Source: Parasitella parasitica NRRL 2501
Lineage: Eukaryota > Fungi > Mucoromycota
Assembly: GCA_025201805.1 (NCBI GenBank)
Contig: MU619278.1
Span: 56,787-120,786 of the forward strand
Direction: 5' to 3'
Length of the DNA: 64,000 nt
Made by a program: the position numbers and the translations under genes
Notes under the pieces: generated by a model
Told to the model about the DNA's origin: nothing
Databases searched by the model: none
The model's input: only the letters and a program-made list of their open reading frames with translations
Part shown: piece after piece, positions 54,717-64,000 of the stretch
How the letters are laid out: the number at the start of each line of letters is the position of its first letter
Position numbering within the stretch: the first letter of the stretch is position 1

Positions 54717-55525
54717 AACATACATAAAGGATCACAGTAGTTTTTCTTAAAAAAAATTCAAGACTTCAGCTTTATGATATGTTACAATGGGTTTTCCTTA
54801 CTTCCTCCCAAAATAAGACAAGCTTGTATTTATCATTCGATAATACAAAACTATATCAATAATGTCTGAAAGTACACTTTTTAACGAATTTTAGCTGTTT
54901 CTAACTGCTGTCTGTCTTCATTTAAGCGTATGTTTGTTGTCAAATTTGAAAGTATTTGCGACAGATGATGTTGACTATACGGCCGTCTATGCTGGTATCA
55001 GCAGTTTGGCGAGGAGGAGGATTGATAAAACAGCAATGTCTGAGGCATTCTTTGCACAGCAGGTACGAAGATGGGTATCGATAAAAGTTATTAGCTCACA
55101 AATATCTGTGTTTTTATTATAGAATATTATCTTCATATATAATGAGGTCTCTAGGCCGACATTTTAACAAATACATGTGCTTGCAAACTGTTTGGTCTTT
55201 ACAACCATATGATTTCATAACTTCATTTTGGAGATATAGAACCTTCTTGAGTTCGTTGGTTGGTAGGGCACGGAAATCAAAGGCAAACGACTTGAGTCAT
55301 ATCGAAGTTCATGGATGTCATTATTTTCAGCTTGTTTTAGGAGGAAACAAGGCTGTTCTTACGATGAATAGTTTATTGATATTTCGCTGTAACCGTTTAG
55401 ACTTCACATACGTCAACAAACGGCGGGATTTATGTGTGTTGCTGCTGAAATGCTTTATTTTCGGATCCTTTTAGTACAAGCTTTTTTCTTTCGTTTTTAT
55501 TCCTGTTATTTATTTTACTTATCAA

Positions 55526-57056
55526 ATGGATCTCAATAAATCGTTGTCTTTAGACAAAAACAAGGAGGAAAATAAACTGAAAAGAGAAGTACCATCACCC
55601 AGAAATCGTCCAGTCTTGCCTCCTATGAGTAGACTTGGCCTACCTCCATTATCGAATAGTAGCGCTTCTAATCGAAGCCCTTTATCTGTTCGTACTCAAA
55701 GCCCTGCTGTTAGTGGACCTGGAGGCGGTAAGAAAATGGGGAAACCTGGATTGAACCTATCGCAATTAGGTTTATCACCTAAACCAGAGCAAACACCTTT
55801 TGCCAATTTCTCTAAATACGTGTAAGTATAAAGATGGCTACCCAATTTTCTTCTTTCTTTCTATATTCGTTACTAAATCAATTTGTAGTGATCCTTCTGG
55901 CAAACTGAATTTCTCTGGTAAAGCTATTATTCACGCTGATGGCGTTGATTTCAGCAATGGCAATAGTTTTACGATAAAAATGGACGATCTTATATTACAA
56001 GAAGAACTTGGAAAGGGACAATATGGTACTGTGCAAAAAGTCAAGCATCGAGTTACTAATGTGACAATGGCAATGAAGGTTAGTTTATCTCAGCATCTGT
56101 CATTTTAAATGTACTGAAATATACTGGGATGTCGTATGATCTCTGCAGGAAATTCGCTTAGAATTGGACGAAACAAAACTACATCAAATTTTGATGGAAT
56201 TAGACATTCTACACAAGAGTTCTGGCGAATATATAGTTGAGTTTTATGGCGCATTCTTTATTGAATCATGTGTATATTATTGCATGGAATATATGGATGC
56301 TGGTTCTCTTGACAAACTTTACGGTGAAGGTGTACCTGAAGATGTCTTGGCAAAAATTGCCATATCGGTAAAGATCATGCTTTACATCATCGTGAATTAA
56401 CGCTAACAAATACATGTAGATGGTAAAGGGATTAAAATTCTTGAAAGATGAACTTTCCATTATTCATAGAGGTAAAATGAGATTATCTTGATTTGATAGT
56501 AATGTAGATATAAATCATTTGCACAGATGTTAAGCCCACGAACGTACTTGCTAATTTAAAAGGTCAAGTTAAACTATGTGATTTTGGTGTATCAGGCCAA
56601 CTTGAAAAATCATTAGCAAAAACAAATATTGGTTGCCAGAGTTACATGGCAGTAAGTTTATTTCCTTACTTACCAGATAACGGTTAGCGTCTTTTTAAAC
56701 TGAACACTTGTTTTTAATAGCCTGAACGTATTAGAACAGCAAATACGTATTCAGTTTCTTCCGATGTTTGGTCTCTTGGTATCTCGCTTGTGGAAATTGC
56801 ACTTGGACGCTATCCTTATAAATATGACAACATGTTTGCGCAGTTGAAAGCGATTATCGACGATGAACCACCTTGTTTGCCAAGCGATACTTTCTCAAAA
56901 GAAGCCTGTAATTTCATTGATTCATGTCTCCAAAAGGATCCCCTGAAGAGACCTGTATATGCGGATTTGCTGGAGCATCCCTTTATCAAGAAATATGAGG
57001 ATGTTGATGTCGATATGGCAAAATGGGCTGCTGATGCCTTCGGGAACAGGAAATAA
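55526..57056 (+). CDS. PBS2: MAP kinase kinase Pbs2/Wis1 (HOG pathway)
   Basis: FANFSKYVDPSGKLNFSGKAIIHADGVDFSNG, LGKGQYGTV, MAMKEIRLELD, IIHRDVKPTN, SLAKTNIGCQSYMAPERI. Confidence 0.95.
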
Positions 57057-57113
57057 TATAATAAAAATTACTTTCCCGTTCATTCGAGCCTCGTTAAAGA
57101 TCTGTAGAAAATT

Positions 57114-57740
57114 TTACTTTATGCGTATATAGATTCCCATAATGGAACAGAAGGAGGAGGATGGTACCGGATTTCGCATGAAAACAATAATTTTTGAAAA
57201 GGAGAAAGTCTTGACTAATGATGATGATTTTATTAATTTCAGTAAATCTCTTCTTCTGTTATAGGTACTCTGATCAACCCAACCGTGGCAGTTTTCTTGA
57301 GCTATTTCCTGACTGCACTCCCCAATGTATTTTACCAGCTCTGCTGTTGTGAGCCTAAGTTTTCTTTTAACGAGTCCTTTTAGCTTAGAAAAGCACTCCT
57401 CAATTGTATTTAGGAATGGACTATAGCCGGGCAAAAATAGACATGATGGCGAGTATTCTCAACTTACTTCCTTACCTTTGGAGCCGTGTGAATTCTGGCA
57501 TTACCCATAATAAAATGCTGCGGAGGAGTACTATTGTCTCTGTCAACGCTTGCAATGATTTGTTTGATAAAATTAATAAAGATCTCGGCGCTAGTACCTT
57601 CAGGTTCTTGCTTCACGGATGCATCTTTGATACCATTGTAAGGAATTCCAGCCATAACAGAAATATTGGTTGCTCTTTTTGTTTTGTATAGACTGGTGTT
57701 TGAAAAGAGAGCTGTTACGGTAATTATTTCAGAAATAAAA
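57114..57740 (-). mobile_element. Tc1/mariner-IS630 (DDE_3) transposase remnant, frameshifted
   Basis: GTSAEIFINFI, HFIMGNARIH (MDNA motif with D mutated), LPGYSPFLNTIEECFSKLKGLVKR, CHGWV. Confidence 0.85.
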
Positions 57741-58048
57741 TGAAGAGCAAATGTAGGCTACCACTTGGCAAATAACTTTTTCTTGATATTAATCAGATTT
57801 TTAGTTTAGACTTTCTTCTTTTTCGTAGTTGACTTTCACCAAAAGCCATTGATTTTATCTTTTTAAATGCGAAATCCGGTATAAGGTAGAACATGATTGT
57901 CAAGTTTCAATATAAAGTACTTCCAACATGCGCTAAGCATACAACCCTTTAAATTGCACATCCGAATTAAAATGCCTGAGCTATGTTTAAAAAGAGTCAT
58001 TTGGACAGTGGAGGACGTTTCTCTTTTTTTCTCATCTTGAAATACTAA

Positions 58049-59117
<1,069 letters not shown>

Positions 59118-59320
59118 TAATAATGAATTATTCCCTAATTTTATAATGATATCTACTTTACTTAATTTCTTTTTAGAATTTAACTACTTTTTACTAATAT
59201 TTTTGTTGCCCTGTAACCTACATTAAAATGTTATTCCGAAATTTTGTTTCATTTGCAACATAAAAGGGATTATTTTCAATTTTGACGGGTTTATTCACAT
59301 AAAAAGTTTTTACGGGATAA

Positions 59321-60528
59321 ATGAAAGTTCTAATATCAAATGACGATGGTAACTTTACTATTTTCTAGTTTGATGTTTGGGGCATTGACATGATATTTTG
59401 AACAGGACCGCCAAGTTTAGATGAGTCGCCGTTTATTCTGCCATTTATTGAGCACTTGGAAAGCTTAGGTTGGGATGTAAAGTAAGTTACAAAGCAAGCA
59501 AGTAGTGTTCCGTTAAGCCAAAACATCAATACATTTGCACACAGAGTTTGTTTACCTGACTGTCAGAAATCTTGGATTGCAAAGTCTTTCATGATTAAAG
59601 AAGATATTCGGTTACGTTATTTTAATCGAGAGACGAAGCAGATCACTGAGGAAAAGCAAAACGATAATGATTTTTATTTGGTAACTCAATGCATTCTATA
59701 TATCAGGCTTGTTTGATTGAAAATACTTGACAAAGTTGAGTGGAACACCAGCAACGTGTGTCAACATTGCTTTAAACCACTTGTTCAAAGGTGAAGAGTT
59801 CGATTTAGTCATTGGCGGTCCCAATTTTGGCAGAAACATCTCAACGTATTGTTACAGTATTTATTAAGTCGCACGATATGCCATTCATTTACTCGATTGT
59901 TGCATTTTAGAATCTTCACACTTGCATCAGGAACAATAGGTGCAGCCATGTAAGTGCACCGCACATAACAGTGCAGGCATCAAACATTAATATTTTTCTA
60001 CAATACATAGGGAAGCTGTTTTAAACAAGAAAAAAGCAATCTCAATCTCCTTTTGCTTTTGCAATCAAGAACCTAAATGTATTAAAAACTGTTGCGAAAC
60101 TGCAAGTGATATTATCCAACATTTATACAAATCCTCTCGGAGAGATACACCTTGGCCACAAGATGGAATGTTCAATGTTAATATCCCAATGAAAGATTAT
60201 CGTTGTCCTATCCATATCACTGATTTCCACAGGGCTGTGTACGGCTCTCTATTCAAGAAGATGGATGATGATAAGGGAAGAAATACCTTCAAGTTCTCAC
60301 CTGATTTTTCTGTTATTAACAAAGACAGTAATGGTTTACCCGGCACAGACAAGTGGGCAGTGATGAACGATTGTGTATCAGGTATTATATCCAAACTCAA
60401 AACAATCCAAGCGTGTTCCTTTTATTAATCTTCCTCTAGTGACGCCCATGATTGCCGCTTTCCAAACTGCAATTACTAAAGATTTAGACTATAATTTTGA
60501 TGTTTTCAACAAGAAATATGTCCAATAG
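59321..60528 (+). CDS. SurE-family phosphatase (Pby1 N-terminal-domain type), multi-exon
   Basis: MKVLISNDDGPP..ESPFI, QKSWI, SGTPATCVNIAL, DLVIGGPNFGRN, SGTIGAAMEA, PGTDKWAV..CVSVTP. Confidence 0.9.
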
Positions 60529-61319
60529 AAGGTATTATTATTATGTTGCATTAGACAATATTTTACAAACACTGTGTAATTCTTAAAATCGCAGCTTCAG
60601 AGTCAGGATATTTAAGATCTACTTGAAACTTTCTGATCTGAGTGATGTCCATTGATACACAAGAATCCCAATTGTAATGTTCTACACAAATCGTATTCAA
60701 TCTTCAAATTTTAAAGCAAGCTTCGAGTTTCTTGATCGCAATTCGCACATTTAAAGTTTCAGATCTTCTTGTTCCATGATTGGTGTCCTCATTGTCTCAG
60801 TTATTCAAAAGATATTGTGGTACTGTATAATATTCAAGTCTAACGGAACAAATTTTCATCTTTTAAGAGAGACAAGTATGAATTGGAGTCAATATTTTTC
60901 ATTTGAAAGTGATTAAGAACATCAGTTGGTAATTTCCATGTTGGATTTGACTTCTTATCTATCCAACGATGATGAGATTCAATTTACATAATGATAGAGA
61001 ACTAGATGTTACAATACGGAGGAAACGTTAATAAGTCAAAATTATCTATTTTTATATACCGTAAGTTATCATCCTTAAACACATGTTTAATAAGTCTTGC
61101 TTAAATATGTTTACTGTTTATATTTTTTTAGAACATATATTCTATTCAAGAATATCGCTTAGAAGTTAAGATCTCACTCACACATTTTTGGCGTCCCGCT
61201 AACAGTTGCAAACCTCACTCCAAGTCAAAATAAATGTCCCCTGGGTCTCATATCTCAAGTTATTAGTCTTTGCCGCTTCATATGAAAGTTTCATAGCAGA
61301 CGATTCGGAGCAATAATCA

Positions 61320-61850
61320 AGATGCATTATTGAGAACACAAAAATATAGCAATCACTGCTAAAGGGTCTAGTTGCTCAGTTGCTACGATTTTTGAATGTG
61401 ATATTAGGATATTAATTAACAGCGCTTGGCCCAGAACATAAATAAAGCTTCTAGGGTAAGCAACAGCTGGAGCTAGCTCAATGGTTTACTGATGTAGTTA
61501 CCGTTGACTCGCCAAAATATTAAAATAATTGGGTATGTCCTATATTTTTTGTGAACCAATGCAAAGTAGCGAACTGCACGGGACATGTATTTGTCCCTGC
61601 CATTCCTTTTGTACTTCTATAATAATTGGCAGGTCTTGACAAAGAGCCCCTTTGGGAAGATACAATACATCGCAGGCGCTTTTGTCTATACATTTGGTAG
61701 GGGCAGTCATGTAGATATCTTGAGGACAATGTTTGAGGCTTTGACTGATGATATCGATGATTCTATCATCAGTCAAGACAGTCTTGCTCATCAGAACACT
61801 GCCTGGTATAAATTCGACAGGAAACAAGTAATCTATTCTTGTAAATGAGA
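61320..61850 (-). pseudogene. Decayed PD-(D/E)xK-like nuclease ORF (probable mobile-element relic)
   Basis: CDVLYLP...LPIIIEVQK (D..ExQ core) followed in shifting frames by YPIILIF, FWAKRC*, DPLAVIAIFL. Confidence 0.5.
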
Positions 61851-62603
61851 AAAAGTGGTTTCTATTTACACGTATATCCCGTCTACATAAGCGGATTGAC
61901 ACTTCTTTTAAGGTGAATAACTGATTCAGATAAATTATGACAAAAAAAACTGTTTTGCATAATTATTAACTAATGGGACATATTTGCTCAGCGCAAGAAC
62001 TGTCATTCAAAGTGTGAAAAATTATACTTCTACAGAACTCACTGAAGCAAACCATAGTGTTTCTGCTGGTCCTTACATAAAAAAAAACGGGCAGAAGCTT
62101 TGAGAAGAATCTTCAACGAAATGGAAAGCATGTAAAAAACAACCAATTAGGAAGCCATCAAAGCGATTTTCACTAAAAATTTATTAAAGAGATGTCAATA
62201 AATAATCACAACGTTACTATTAAATACTTGCCAGCTTTCATTAGTTAAAGGAGAAGGCTTTGAATGGCGTTGAATAAATGAATATGCTCGCGCAACCTTA
62301 TATAAATACCCAGGCCCCAAAATGGCAAGAGCACAAGGTAAAAGTTTACCCAATCCATCGCATCCCATTACAAATAATTTGGATACCCGTTTGTCCCAAA
62401 TTAGTTGCTTGTGCACCTAGAGAAAGGGGTTCAGGTTAGTACGGGAGCGTGAGCCATATTTTGGCCCATCATTTCTTAGTTTGTAACTAGTCAACGGTAT
62501 ACATTAACAAAGTAGACAAGACATAGTGTTCTGAAACGTTCATTTTTGGCGTGAAAACTGCAGATCTGGCTCATTTCTATACGCTGTTCTGCAGCTGAAA
62601 TCA

Positions 62604-64000
62604 ATGGCTTCTACCAAGATGTAAGTGTCCTGGTTGACCAATAATTGCTATTGTAAATCACCTCTGCTAACCTCAGACCAGCAAGCAACATGAAATTGAT
62701 TGCGTTTGTTTTGGTTGGAGATTATGGACGAAGTAGCGAGTGCAACCAAACCACACATGACGGTTTTCTTTTGGTCCCGCTTTCTTCTTCATCTGCTCCA
62801 TACAACACACTCTTCTCTTTTCCTTTTCCTTCTTTCATCAACACAAATCTTTCCTGCCTGCTGCAGTTTCACAAACATTTGTACTAACGTCATGAAAAAA
62901 GCCAGTGATGCCATAGTCGTACCTCATCAGGATGGTTCAGCCCAGAGCGAGGATGACTGCCGATCATCACCCAACATATCAAAAGAAGTTGAGAAAGCTC
63001 TGGATCAATCGCATCTGCCGAAATCACCTCCTACTCCCCAGTCGATTAAGTTGAATTCGAAAGGCGCAATTCAATTGACCAACTCATCAAATGGCCCTTC
63101 TCCAAATGCTACTACAAACGCTATACTCAACCTGAAGATCAACCCTTTCTTCCATGACAAGCGCAAGTGGGATGATTCGTTTACTGTTGCCGAGAAAAAA
63201 GCATCGACAGGGAACATTGTCAAAGCAGCCAGTAAGATCCTGCTCAATGTACGAGCCATTTTTTTCATTGACATTTCTTGTTTAGAGGATAACGATGGTG
63301 AGACATATGTCACTTTGCAAGAAGAAGAATACACAATCCCTGCTTTAAGTCATTATGAGGAAGATGATAGTCAAGGTAAGGAATAGCAATGGCAATGGCT
63401 TTCGCAAGTGTAATTACAGTGAATCTAGAAAGTGACAATGTTGACAACGCCAATAAAAAGCCTGGCAGGAAACCTATGGCCGATGAGGATTCGCTATCAG
63501 ATGTAAGTCATCGTTTCAGGCTGGTTTTTTTTTACGTCAATCTAACACCAATATAGCCTGATCAAGATCCAAAAGTGAAAAGAAAGGCACAAAATCGTGC
63601 CGCACAAAGAGCGTTCAGAGAGAGAAAAGAGCGATATGTCAAAGAATTGGAGATCAAAATCAAGCAAGTGCAAGATGCTCACTTGGTTGCCACTGCTCAA
63701 TTAGTTCGGGAGAATCAGCAGCTGAGAGCCATTATTTACAGGCTAGAATCCGAAAATAATGCTCTCAAAGGTATTCCTATGCAGCCATATCAATCACAAG
63801 CACCGCCACCCATACATCAAACAGTTTCTCGTACCACTAGCTCCAATTACGCTACTATCGCTCCTCTCTTGCCCCAAACTCCCAACCAACAACAACTATT
63901 GCTGCCTGCCTATCTGCCAAATTCACCTTCTTCCGTCTCCTCTATTCTCCATCCAACTTCATCATCTGTCAACCAAATGATGATACTGGCTTCCAGTTCT
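62604..64000 (+). CDS. AP-1/Yap1-like bZIP transcription factor (3' end beyond window; 5' exons tentative)
   Basis: KKPGRKP...DPKVKRKAQNRAAQRAFRERKERYVKELEIKI...LVRENQQLR at about 63560-63780. Confidence 0.88.

Overview
Eukaryotic, AT-rich, intron-rich fungal DNA. Short GT-AG introns with CTAAC-type branch points, polyQ tracts and the gene repertoire point to Mucorales (Mucor/Parasitella-like; inferred from sequence style only). About 26 protein-coding genes can be reconstructed: a small secreted Cys-rich protein, HAD hydrolase, DBP5, RhoGAP-like protein, TALE homeobox factor, ATG5, acid sphingomyelinase, MET17, an RVxF protein, WC-2-like PAS/GATA factor, Pcl cyclin, Csm1/Pcs1-like monopolin, thymidylate synthase, DHHC palmitoyltransferase, HRK1/NPR-type kinase, TBC RabGAP, GOS1, PB1-like polyQ protein, HIS7, Num1/ApsA, a small secreted peptide, Spc34-like protein, PBS2, YPT6, SurE and a truncated AP-1 bZIP. 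There are also three decayed mobile-element relics. The most notable non-obvious items are a degenerate Fanzor/TnpB-like RuvC relic next to the DBP5 promoter (~5.46-6.04 kb), two unannotated small secreted-protein genes, kinetochore proteins with extra domains (Spc34 with a winged-helix-like tail, long Csm1), a 40-bp inverted repeat upstream of the kinase, and several micro-exon, GC-AG and ultra-short intron structures. No tRNA, rRNA or CRISPR array was seen. Two assembly gaps (13740-14269, 21653-21662). Exon boundaries were read by eye and all family assignments are from motif recognition, not database searches.
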